This document shows, one piece after another, positions 1 to 8,174 of a stretch of 64,000 nt of DNA. Origin of the DNA: Alphaproteobacteria bacterium (GTDB lineage Bacteria; Pseudomonadota; Alphaproteobacteria; SHVR01); assembly GCA_009694185.1 (NCBI GenBank), contig SHVR01000002.1, forward strand, positions 1,096 to 65,095, read 5' to 3'. A model generated the notes under the pieces. The model was given only the letters and a program-made list of their open reading frames with translations, had not been told where the DNA came from and searched no databases. Made by a program: the position numbers and the translations under genes. Position 1 is the first letter of the stretch. Each line of letters starts with the position of its first letter.

Positions 1-85
1 GCACTTGTTCCAGATAGCCAAGAAGCTCCGGCCCGGGCGAGGTGCCGGCGGGCCATTGATTGGCGATAAAGAGCCCGAACTTCAT
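1..85 (-). CDS. LLM-class (luciferase-like) oxidoreductase, third tandem paralog; only the 5' end is in the window
   Basis: Minus strand from ATG 85..83 reads MKFGLFIANQWPAGTSPGPELLGYLEQV. This is colinear with the N-termini of the two neighbouring paralogs (MKVGLYVATQWPEG..., MIVKVGLYLATQF...). A GGGAGGA Shine-Dalgarno lies at 92..98. Not in the ORF track because it runs off the window. Confidence 0.7.
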   Translation of the reverse strand, partial: MKFGLFIANQWPAGTSPGPELLGYLEQV

Positions 86-110
86 GCCCGTTCCTCCCTG
101 TATTTCAGTG

Positions 111-1112
111 TCAGAGTGTGGCGGCGATGCGGCCCATGCGCTCGATGCTTTTGAGCACCAGCGCCTGATCCATGCCTGGCCACTGCATCCGCAAGACGAG
201 ATGGTTCACGCCGAGCTGGTCGCGGTAGCGCTGGATTTCATCGCGCACAAATGCTTCGTCGCCGATCATGAAACGGTCCCGGGCAAAGCCCGGAAATTCC
301 TCAGCTAGGCGCCCGGCATGGGGGCCGACGCCATAATTACCCCATGCCGCGTAGGCTTGATATTTGTAGAGAAGCGGCCCCCGGACCTCATCGAGGGCCG
401 TGGCGTTGCTCGCCCCCACATAGGTCTCGCGGCAGAGCGGCATGTCCTGGACCGGCGGCCGTTTGGAGGCCGCCAGGCCTTGGCGATAGGCCGCCATCAG
501 CCGCACCAGATCGGCGCCCGACGGGCTGAAACTCATCAACCAGCCATCGCCGATCTCGCCCGCCCGCCGGACGGCGGGCTCGGCGCTGCCGCCGATCCAG
601 ATGGGAATACCATCCGGACGCACTGGCCGGAGACTGAGGCCCACATCGTCCAGGTGGAAATAACGGCCCTTGTGGCTCACCCGATCCTCGCGCCAGAGCC
701 GGCGCATCAGCTCGATCGATTCGACGAAGCGGCCGACGCGCTCTTTGATCGGCACGCCGGTCACGGCGAATTCCTCCTGGCGATAGCCGATGCCGACCCC
801 CAGCACATAGCGCCCGCCCGTCAGCCAGTCGAGGGTCGCCGCCTCTTCGGCGACCATGACCGGATTCATCATCGAGAGCAGCAGGATGGCGGGCCCCGCC
901 TCCATGCCCTCGGCTTCAGCGGCAAGCCGGGCGAGAAGCGGCGTTGGCTGGAACATCCGCATGCCCGGCCCCACCACATAATGATGCGCCGCCCAAAGCG
1001 ACTTGAAGCCGGCCGCACGGGCGCGGCGTACTTGTTCCAGGAGATTGCCAAGCTGCGGCCCGAGGTCGGTCCCCTCGGGCCACTGGGTTGCCACATAGAG
1101 GCCGACCTTCAT
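111..1112 (-). CDS. LLM-class flavin/F420-dependent oxidoreductase (luciferase-like monooxygenase family)
   Basis: 333-aa ORF with ATG 1112 preceded by GGGGAGAG. LLM-type blocks are present (GVGIGYRQEEF, IPIWIGGS). The C-terminus LRMQWPGMDQALVLKSIERMGRIAATL is almost identical to the adjacent paralog. F420 versus FMN specificity cannot be read from sequence by eye. Confidence 0.85.
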   Translation of the reverse strand: MKVGLYVATQWPEGTDLGPQLGNLLEQVRRARAAGFKSLWAAHHYVVGPGMRMFQPTPLLARLAAEAEGMEAGPAILLLSMMNPVMVAEEAATLDWLTGGRYVLGVGIGYRQEEFAVTGVPIKERVGRFVESIELMRRLWREDRVSHKGRYFHLDDVGLSLRPVRPDGIPIWIGGSAEPAVRRAGEIGDGWLMSFSPSGADLVRLMAAYRQGLAASKRPPVQDMPLCRETYVGASNATALDEVRGPLLYKYQAYAAWGNYGVGPHAGRLAEEFPGFARDRFMIGDEAFVRDEIQRYRDQLGVNHLVLRMQWPGMDQALVLKSIERMGRIAATL

Positions 1113-1136
1113 CGCGCTCTCCCCGCAAGTCCGCGT

Positions 1137-2141
1137 CTACAATCTGGCGACGATGCGGCCCAGCCGCTCGATGCTTTTCAACACCAGCGCCTGGTCGAGG
1201 CCGGGCCACTGCATGCGCATGATGAAATGTTTGACGCCGAGCCGGTCGCGATAGCGGGCCAGCTCGTCGGCGACCGCGCTCTCGTCGCCGATGATGAAAC
1301 GGTCCTGGCGGAACTGCTCGAAGGGCTGATCGAAGCGGTCCGCTTCACTCAATATTTTGTCCTGGCCCCAGGCGGCGTAGGCCCCGTATTTATATTGGAT
1401 CTGGGCACTACACTCCGCGACCGCGCTGGCGTTGCCGGCGCCAACGTAACATTCCCGGCAGAGCGGATATTCCGACGCGGGCGCCAACCCTGCGGCGGCT
1501 CGGGTCGCCCGATAGAAGGCGAGCTGCTCGCCGACGGCCGCGATCGTCGGATAGAAGGTAATCAGCCATTCATCGCCGAGTGTGGCGGCACGCTTGATGG
1601 CGGGCTCGACCACGGCCGCGATCCAAATGGGCGGTCCGCCCGGCCGCTTGGGCTTGAGGCTCAAGCCCAGATTTTCGAAGGCATAATATTTGCCCTTGTG
1701 GGTCACCCGGTCCTCGGTCCAGAACCGCCTGACGATGCCTAGACCCTCGTCGAGCCTACCGACCCGCTCCTTGAGCCGGCCACCCATCGCCGGAAATTCT
1801 TCCGGTCGATAGCCGATGCCGACACCAAGCACGAAGTTCCCGTCCGTGAACCAGTCGAGGGTCGCCGCCTCCTCCGCCACCAGCACGGGATTGAGCAGCG
1901 GAAAGACCAGGATGTTGGTACCAACCTGCATGCCCTTGGCCTCGCCCGAGAGGCGCGCCAGGAGTGGCATCGTCTGGAACATTTGCATCGGCGCCGTGAT
2001 GAAATGCTGCGCCGCCCAAAGCGAGGCGAAGCCGCTCGCCTGGGCGACGCGCACTTGCTCGATGAGATTGCCGAGCCGGGGACTGAGCGGCGTTTCGGGC
2101 GTGAACTGGGTCGCGAGATAAAGGCCGACTTTCACGATCAT
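1137..2141 (-). CDS. LLM-class flavin/F420-dependent oxidoreductase (paralog of 111..1112)
   Basis: 334-aa ORF with ATG 2141 preceded by GAAGGAG. Roughly half of positions are identical by eye to 111..1112 (e.g. LNPVLVAEEAATLDW, GVGIGYRPEEF, MRMQWPGLDQALVLKSIERLGRI). Confidence 0.85.
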   Translation of the reverse strand: MIVKVGLYLATQFTPETPLSPRLGNLIEQVRVAQASGFASLWAAQHFITAPMQMFQTMPLLARLSGEAKGMQVGTNILVFPLLNPVLVAEEAATLDWFTDGNFVLGVGIGYRPEEFPAMGGRLKERVGRLDEGLGIVRRFWTEDRVTHKGKYYAFENLGLSLKPKRPGGPPIWIAAVVEPAIKRAATLGDEWLITFYPTIAAVGEQLAFYRATRAAAGLAPASEYPLCRECYVGAGNASAVAECSAQIQYKYGAYAAWGQDKILSEADRFDQPFEQFRQDRFIIGDESAVADELARYRDRLGVKHFIMRMQWPGLDQALVLKSIERLGRIVARL

Positions 2142-2148
2142 CGCTCCT

Positions 2149-3159
2149 TCAGGTTTTTATTTCCGCCGCGTCATCGGTTCGCATGTAGCGCGCCTTCATG
2201 TGCTTGGCCATGAAATGGTCGAGCATGCGAATCGGCGCATGGCGGGCACCCCTCCCCCGGCAGGTTTCGAGGCAGCGGATCTCGGCGTCGAAATTCGGAT
2301 TGTGGAAGAAGACCGTGCTGAGGCGCGGTACCTGGGCATGGTCGCGCGGTGGATTAGCGACCCGGTGCAGGGTCGATATCCAGCGGTCGTTGGTCCAGCG
2401 CATCATCAGGTCGCCCAGATTGACGACGAAGGATCCCGGCTCCGGATGCACGTCGATCCAGCCGCCGTCGCGGCGTTTGACCTGAAGGTCGCCCGGCGTG
2501 TCGTCGCCACGCAGGATAGTGACCGTGCCGTAGTCGGTATGGGCACCCGCGCGGAGCTGGCCCGGCGCCGGCGGCTCCGGTTGCGGCGGATAGTGGATCA
2601 CCCGGAGAATGCTGAAATCCCGGTCGATCGCGCCGGCGAAATGGTCCGCCGGCAGATCGAGTGCCGTTGCCAACAACTCCATCAGGGAGCCGGCGAGGCC
2701 GCGCACGGCCCGATAATAGGCCTCCAAGCGAGTTTGAAGTGCCGCGGACCCCGCGGGCCAGAGGTTCGGCGCATAGAGATGATCGGCACCGAACCCGGCA
2801 TAAGAAGCGGGCGGGCGGGGATCGGCCGGGCCGATGGCGAAACTCTCCTGCAAGTCGGGCAGCGCCGCCTGGCCCATGGAGTAAGAGAGCGCCTGATCGG
2901 CGAGGCGATTATAGCCGCGGCTTACCTCCTCGGACGGCCGGGCGATGGCGAACTTCTCGGCGAGCGGCCGGGCAAAGAAGCCAAGCATCGCCCAGCGCGT
3001 CTCGGCAATCAACGTCTCGGGCACACCATGGCCGACGATGGTGAAGACGCCGGTTTCCCGGCAGGCGCGGTCGACCGCCGCCGCGACCGACCTTCGGGCG
3101 GCGGCGGAGCCCGCGATAAAGGGCGCCAGGTCGATGACGGGAATGGCACTCTCGTCCAT
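2149..3159 (-). CDS. 2-oxoglutarate/Fe(II)-dependent oxygenase (isopenicillin N synthase-like family)
   Basis: 336-aa ORF. The N-terminal IPVIDL... block is typical of the DIOX_N region. The HxD facial-triad motif is in GAHTDYGTVTIL, the distal His in STLHRV, and an Arg-x-Ser in PRLSTVFF. Confidence 0.85.
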   Translation of the reverse strand: MDESAIPVIDLAPFIAGSAAARRSVAAAVDRACRETGVFTIVGHGVPETLIAETRWAMLGFFARPLAEKFAIARPSEEVSRGYNRLADQALSYSMGQAALPDLQESFAIGPADPRPPASYAGFGADHLYAPNLWPAGSAALQTRLEAYYRAVRGLAGSLMELLATALDLPADHFAGAIDRDFSILRVIHYPPQPEPPAPGQLRAGAHTDYGTVTILRGDDTPGDLQVKRRDGGWIDVHPEPGSFVVNLGDLMMRWTNDRWISTLHRVANPPRDHAQVPRLSTVFFHNPNFDAEIRCLETCRGRGARHAPIRMLDHFMAKHMKARYMRTDDAAEIKT

Positions 3160-3162
3160 GGC

Positions 3163-4143
3163 TCAACCCCCACTCCGGGACGGCGCTCGATCGACCGCCA
3201 AGCGCGCCGCGAACTCTAGCACCGCGCGACCCAAGCGAACCCGATCGTCAAGGGTCGCCATCACCGTACCCGAGACATGCACCGCCATGCCTTCCGCCTC
3301 GATCGATAGTGCCAAGGCCGCGTCGCGCTCGTCCAGCACGAAGCCATCGACCAAGCCCCGATAATGGCGCGCGACACCAAGCGCACTCGTCTCGATGCCA
3401 AGTTCCGTCATCATCTTGGCGGTCGGCCCCTTGAGCGCCCGGCCGGCGACGATCGGCGAGACGGCGACGACCGGCACGCCCGCGTTTCGGATCGCCTGGC
3501 GGAGGCCCGGCACCGCCAGGATCGGATCGATGCTGATAAAGGGGTTGGAGGGGCCGATCAGTATCGCCGTCAGTCCCGCCTGCTCCAGCGCCTGAAGCGC
3601 CATCGGATTGGCCCGCGCCGTCTCGCGGCCGACGAAACGAAAACCGGTCACAGGCGGCACGGCGCGTTCGCGCACGAAATAGAGCTGGAACGGCAGTGGC
3701 CCGGCCGGTGTTTGAACCTCGGTCCGCAGCTTCTGGTCGGACATGGGCAGGACGCCCACTTTGACGCCGAGACGGGCCGCGAAAACGGCCGTCACCTCGG
3801 TCAAGGTCGCACCCGCCGCGAGCCGGCGGGTGCGCTCCACATGGGTCGCGAGGTCGTGGTCGCCCAAGCGAAACCAAGTCTCGCCACCCAACTCCGCCAT
3901 CGCTTCCATGAAGCGCCAACCCTCGTCCCGGCGGCCCCAGCCGGTCTCGGGATTGGCTTGGCCCGAGAGCGTGTAGAGGAGCGTGTCGAGATCGGGCGAG
4001 ATGGCAAGGCCCAGATGCTCGAAATCGTCGCCCGTATTGACGATCACGGTGAGCCGCTCCGGCGGCATCGCGTGGGCCAGGCCCAAGACCAGCTTGGCCC
4101 CGCCGACGCCGCCGCTGAGTGCGACGATGCGCCCGCCCATCAT
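3163..4143 (-). CDS. cofD: 2-phospho-L-lactate (or enolpyruvyl/phosphoglyceryl) transferase CofD/FbiA, F420 biosynthesis
   Basis: Track ORF 3163..4524 trimmed to ATG-ATG at 4143/4140 ([22 protein letters not shown]..., the glycine-rich CofD N-terminus), giving 326 aa. The discarded 127 codons are Arg/Gly/Pro shadow sequence lying inside cofE. The start overlaps the cofE stop (TGATG). Confidence 0.8.
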   Translation of the reverse strand: MMGGRIVALSGGVGGAKLVLGLAHAMPPERLTVIVNTGDDFEHLGLAISPDLDTLLYTLSGQANPETGWGRRDEGWRFMEAMAELGGETWFRLGDHDLATHVERTRRLAAGATLTEVTAVFAARLGVKVGVLPMSDQKLRTEVQTPAGPLPFQLYFVRERAVPPVTGFRFVGRETARANPMALQALEQAGLTAILIGPSNPFISIDPILAVPGLRQAIRNAGVPVVAVSPIVAGRALKGPTAKMMTELGIETSALGVARHYRGLVDGFVLDERDAALALSIEAEGMAVHVSGTVMATLDDRVRLGRAVLEFAARLAVDRAPSRSGG

Positions 4144-4922
4144 CAGCGGAACATGTCCTGCTCCTTGGGCCGCACCAGCTCGCGCGCCGTCCCGTCCTCG
4201 CCGCTCCGCGCCAAGCCGCGCACCAGGACCGCCGGGCAGCCCTCGTCGGCCTGGCCCATCAGCAGGCCGGCGGCGGCGGCGACCTCGTCGGCGACGCCCA
4301 CCTGGGTCACCATCAGCGAGCGGCCGAAGAGATCGGGCTGGCCGCGCAAATCCACCAGCGGCTTGAGGCCGGCAACGCCGATGGCGATCCCGACCGTGCC
4401 CTGGCGCCAGGCGCGCCCGACACTGTCGGCGATGATGATACCCACATCGGCCTGGGTGCGCTCGCCAAGCGCGGCACGCAGTCGCGCCGAGGAGGCATCG
4501 GGATCGACGGGCAGCAGCAGGCAATGGGCGTCGGCCTCGGCACCTTCGATCGGCTCGATGTTGGAATGGTCGATGCCGGCATTGGCGAGCACGAAGCCGA
4601 GCTTGTGGGCGACGACGATGATGCCCGGCCGGCGGCGCACCACTTCGGCCGATTCACCGAGCACCAGCTCGACGAAACGCGGGTCCTTACCCACTTCCTT
4701 GGCGAGTGCCACGGCCGCCGGCGAGGGCACCACATGGCGGACATCCACATAGCGGCCCTCGGACTTGGAGACGATTTTCTGGGCCAGCACCAGCACGTCG
4801 CCGGTGGCGAGCGTGAGCCCGCACCGTTTCAGCGCCGCGAGGATGAGGCTCGCCAGATCGTCGCCCGGCCGCACCAGCGGAATGCCCGGCAGGGCGTGAA
4901 GTGTCAGACGGTCGATCCGCAC
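4143..4922 (-). CDS. cofE: Coenzyme F420-0:L-glutamate ligase CofE (short, single-domain form)
   Basis: 259-aa ORF with GTG 4922 preceded by GGGAGAG. Blocks [25 protein letters not shown] and [14 protein letters not shown] resemble CofE and the FbiB N-terminal domain. There is no C-terminal nitroreductase-like FbiB extension. Confidence 0.8.
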   Translation of the reverse strand: MRIDRLTLHALPGIPLVRPGDDLASLILAALKRCGLTLATGDVLVLAQKIVSKSEGRYVDVRHVVPSPAAVALAKEVGKDPRFVELVLGESAEVVRRRPGIIVVAHKLGFVLANAGIDHSNIEPIEGAEADAHCLLLPVDPDASSARLRAALGERTQADVGIIIADSVGRAWRQGTVGIAIGVAGLKPLVDLRGQPDLFGRSLMVTQVGVADEVAAAAGLLMGQADEGCPAVLVRGLARSGEDGTARELVRPKEQDMFR

Positions 4923-4939
4923 GCCTGCTCTCCCTCGGC

Positions 4940-5605
4940 CTAGGCTGTCGGTTCGCCGGTGATGCAGAGCCCAGCGCCGTCGATCTTGTAGCGGCGGTTG
5001 ATGGCGATCAGCACCGAGGTCATGGCCTCCGCCACCACGGAATTCGCGAGCACGCCCGCATGCCAGCCCTTGAGGCCGAGCGCGGCGACCAGGACGATCA
5101 CCGCCTCGCGCGCCGCCGCATCGTCGCCCGCCACCAGCACGTCGGATTGGATGATGATGTCCTGTTGCAGCTTGTGCGCCGCGACCGTCTGCAGCGCCGA
5201 GACGACCCGGACCGACTGGCCGAGAAAGGCCTGGGCCGCGACGGCGACCGAGCCGCCAGGCGGCAATTGCACCGTGCTGACCTTGGGCGGCATGAGCGGC
5301 ACGGTCGCGTCCACCAGAATCTTGCCGGCGAGCGCCGCCTTGATGGTCTCAAGCGTCGGTTGATGGTTGGCGTAGGGCACGGTGAGGACGGAAATGTCGG
5401 CGGCGGTGGCCGCCGCCGCGTTTTCCATGCCGCGCACGGCCTTGCCGGTCCGCGCCTTCAGTTCGGCCGCCGCGATGGCCGCGCGGTCGGCAACCCGGGA
5501 GCCGACAATGACCGGATACCCGGCGCGCGCCCAGCGCCAGGCGAGCCCGGACCCAAGGTCGCCGGTACCGCCGATGACGGCGACGGTCGGAAGTGAGGCG
5601 TTCAT
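4940..5605 (-). CDS. npdG: NADPH-dependent F420 reductase (Fno/NpdG family)
   Basis: Track ORF 4940..5971 trimmed to ATG 5605, which has a GGAG SD 8 nt upstream. The N-terminus is MNASLPTVAVIGGTGDLGSGLAWRWARAGYPVIVGSR (Rossmann GxGxxG followed by an NADP-type Ser-Arg). The 221-aa size and layout are typical of NpdG. Confidence 0.75.
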   Translation of the reverse strand: MNASLPTVAVIGGTGDLGSGLAWRWARAGYPVIVGSRVADRAAIAAAELKARTGKAVRGMENAAAATAADISVLTVPYANHQPTLETIKAALAGKILVDATVPLMPPKVSTVQLPPGGSVAVAAQAFLGQSVRVVSALQTVAAHKLQQDIIIQSDVLVAGDDAAAREAVIVLVAALGLKGWHAGVLANSVVAEAMTSVLIAINRRYKIDGAGLCITGEPTA

Positions 5606-5618
5606 CGCATACTCCGTT

Positions 5619-7139
5619 TCATGCAAGCCCGTAATCGAAGATGCCGGTGCCATCCGCTTTGGCGGGCAAGGCAGCGGCAGGCGGCAGGATGGGGTTGAGG
5701 GCGCGCAGGCCCGCCGCATCAAGGTCGGCGAGCCGCCGAGCGAGGCCGAGGACACGCTGGCACTCCGGCTCCGCGAGCGGCGACAGGGCGTTGAACTTCG
5801 CCACATGGTCCGCAAGGCCCCAAGGCCGCTTGCCATTGGGATGGGCATGGGCCACCGCCAACTCACCCGCCACCACCCGGCCATCGTCGAGGCGAATTTC
5901 CATGCGGCCGCCAAAGGCGCGCATCGCCGGATCGGCGGCATGGTAGCGGGCATTCCAGCCCGCATCGCCAAGCGTGCGGACCTTGTGCCAGAGCGCCACG
6001 GTCGAGGGCCGGCGCGCGCGCGCCGGCGCGTAGCTCGTCTCGTGGTGCCACTCGCCGTCTTCGAGCGCCACGGCGACGATATACATCAGGGAATGATCCA
6101 GGGTTTCCCGGCTGGCTTCCGGGTCGAGCTTCTGGGGATCGTTGGCGCCCGTGCCGATGACCTTGTGGCTGTGATCGCTGGTGTGTATCACCACTTCGGC
6201 GATGCGTTCGAGCGGCAGTCCCGGGCGCAATTCGAAGGCGAGGTCGATCATCGCCTGGGAATGGTATTCGGCCGAATGGGCCTTGGCATAGGTTTCCATG
6301 ATGCCGCGCGGCGCCTCGCCCGGCGAAGGCAGGGCGACGGCATAGCGGGCGTCCGGCCCCGCGAGCATCCAGGCGATGACCGAATCCTCGCCCTCATAGA
6401 TCGGGCTTGGCGCCGCCTCGCCGCGCATGGCGCGGTCCAAGGATTCGATGGCAAGCTTGCCGGCAAAGCCCGGCACGCTTGCCTTCCACGAGCTGATCTC
6501 GCCCTTGCGGGACTGGCGCGTCGAAAAGGCGAGATGCACGGCGAGATTGACCGCCTGATAGACGACCGGCGCCTTGAGGCCGAGGAGCGCGCCCAAGCCC
6601 GCCACCATGGCCGGCGCCAGATGCGCCACATGGTCTTTTTTCTGGGCATGCAGGCTGATCGCCTTGACCAGCGCCACCTGCACCTCATAGGCGGTGGCAA
6701 TCGCCCGGGTGAGCGCCTTGCCACCTTGTCCCGTCTGCTGGGCAACCGCCAGCAGGGGGGCGATGCAATCGGCCGGGTGCGAATAGTCGGCCGCGAGGAA
6801 GGTGTCGTTGAAATCGAGCTCGCGGACCGCCGTGCCATTGGCCCAGGCGGCCCATTCGGCATGCACGGTGACGGTCTCGGAGAGGCCCAACAGCAAGGCG
6901 CCGCCCGGCCTCGGATGGGCGAGCGCCATGGCGCGCGCCGTGCGAACGGGGTGCCGGCCGAGGGTCGGCAATGCCACCGCCAGGCTGTCGATCACGCGCG
7001 CCGCCACCAGCGCCGCCACGTCGGCGTCGGGCGTCGGCACGTTCGCTGCGAATTGGGCAATGTGCCAGGCAAGCTGACGCTCGCGCGGGAGGCGCGCCTG
7101 GGAGGCATGCACATGCACATCGAACCGGTCCATAGCCAA
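5619..7139 (-). CDS. MmgE/PrpD family protein (2-methylcitrate dehydratase-like)
   Basis: 506-aa ORF with PrpD-family length and blocks recognised by eye (AWANGTAVRELDFNDTF, GANDPQKLDPEASRETLDHSLMYIVAVAL). No prpC or acnD is nearby, so the specific substrate is left open. Confidence 0.8.
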   Translation of the reverse strand: MAMDRFDVHVHASQARLPRERQLAWHIAQFAANVPTPDADVAALVAARVIDSLAVALPTLGRHPVRTARAMALAHPRPGGALLLGLSETVTVHAEWAAWANGTAVRELDFNDTFLAADYSHPADCIAPLLAVAQQTGQGGKALTRAIATAYEVQVALVKAISLHAQKKDHVAHLAPAMVAGLGALLGLKAPVVYQAVNLAVHLAFSTRQSRKGEISSWKASVPGFAGKLAIESLDRAMRGEAAPSPIYEGEDSVIAWMLAGPDARYAVALPSPGEAPRGIMETYAKAHSAEYHSQAMIDLAFELRPGLPLERIAEVVIHTSDHSHKVIGTGANDPQKLDPEASRETLDHSLMYIVAVALEDGEWHHETSYAPARARRPSTVALWHKVRTLGDAGWNARYHAADPAMRAFGGRMEIRLDDGRVVAGELAVAHAHPNGKRPWGLADHVAKFNALSPLAEPECQRVLGLARRLADLDAAGLRALNPILPPAAALPAKADGTGIFDYGLA

Positions 7140-7141
7140 AC

Positions 7142-8068
7142 TCAGTCGCCGCCCTGGGCGCGGATGTCGTCCGGGACCGCGCTTCTGGCAACCGAGGCGT
7201 CGAGCGCCTCGTATTCATGATAGCCGATGGTCTCGTAGAGCTCGGCCCGGGTCTGCATGCGGTCGAGCAGGCCCTTGGCCGTCCCCTCGGCCGCCAGTGT
7301 CGCGTACAGCTCGGTCATGGCCTTGGCCGAAATGCGCAGCGACGAGACCGGCCAGATCAACATCTTATAGCCGAAGGATTCGAACTGCTTGGCCGTGTAG
7401 TAGGGCGTGCGGCCAAACTCGGTCATGTTGGCGAGAAGCGGCACGCCAACCGCCTTGGAAAACGTGCGGAACATGTCCTCGTTAACGAGCGCCTCGGGGA
7501 AGATGGCGTCGGCGCCGGCCTGGAGATAGAGGCGGGCGCGGGCGATGCCGGCATCGAGCCCTTCCGAGGCCACCGCGTCGGTGCGCGCGATGATGCGCAG
7601 ATGCGTGCGCGCCCGGCGCGCGGCGGCGATCTTGGCCGCCATGTCGCTCGGGGATGCCAGCTTCTTGTCGTTCAGATGGCCGCATTTCTTCGGCAGAATC
7701 TGATCCTCGATCTGGACGGCGGCGGCACCCGCCGCTTCCAGCTCGCGCACCAGGCGCATGACGTTGAGGGCTTCGCCATAGCCCGTGTCGCCATCCACCA
7801 GGATCGGCAGGTCGGTCGCCCGGAAGATCATGCGCGTGAAGAAGCAGAGCTCCTCGATGGTGATCATGCCAAGGTCCGGAAGGCCCATGCTGGCGGTGAT
7901 CGCGGCGCCCGAAATGTAGAGCGCCTCGAAGCCCGCCCGCTTGGCCAAGAGCCCCGCCATGGCGTTATGCGCCCCCGGCATGCGCAGAATACCCGGCCGC
8001 TGCCAGAGCGCCTCTATCCGGTCGCCCGGCGGCGTCGCGTCACGCCTGGTATCGGTCAGCCAAACCAT
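7142..8068 (-). CDS. Isocitrate lyase/PEP mutase superfamily enzyme (methylisocitrate lyase / carboxyvinyl-carboxyphosphonate phosphorylmutase-like)
   Basis: Track ORF 7142..8287 trimmed to ATG 8068 (MVWLTDTRRD...), giving 308 aa. Superfamily motifs ILVDGDTGYG and QIEDQILPKKCGHL are present. The stop lies 2 nt before the PrpD-like start. Confidence 0.8.
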   Translation of the reverse strand: MVWLTDTRRDATPPGDRIEALWQRPGILRMPGAHNAMAGLLAKRAGFEALYISGAAITASMGLPDLGMITIEELCFFTRMIFRATDLPILVDGDTGYGEALNVMRLVRELEAAGAAAVQIEDQILPKKCGHLNDKKLASPSDMAAKIAAARRARTHLRIIARTDAVASEGLDAGIARARLYLQAGADAIFPEALVNEDMFRTFSKAVGVPLLANMTEFGRTPYYTAKQFESFGYKMLIWPVSSLRISAKAMTELYATLAAEGTAKGLLDRMQTRAELYETIGYHEYEALDASVARSAVPDDIRAQGGD

Positions 8069-8174
8069 GTCCGTTCCCCATCCCACCGCCCTATCGCAAA
8101 GCGGCAGTGAACCATTGTTTGCAGGCGGCGTCACGGCCGCCGCATAATAGACGGAGGCAACCAAGGAACGGCCG

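Noticed and set aside
60-308. 82-aa plus-strand ORF at the left edge.
   Set aside because: It overlaps the antisense strand of two LLM paralog genes (85..1 and 1112..111) and their intergenic SD region, and it has no recognisable motif.
4144-4524. 5' extension of the cofD ORF (127 extra codons). Similar extensions occur on npdG (5606..5971), the PrpB-like gene (8069..8287), paaI (13586..13942), rimP (24480..24776), phoH (31288..31986), soeC-like (38231..38485), usp (42388..42741) and tauE (44089..44262).
   Set aside because: The extensions overlap the upstream gene or cross terminators and intergenic DNA, and they encode Arg/Pro-rich nonsense. Each is followed by an internal start with an SD and/or a stop-start overlap, after which the conserved family N-terminus begins.
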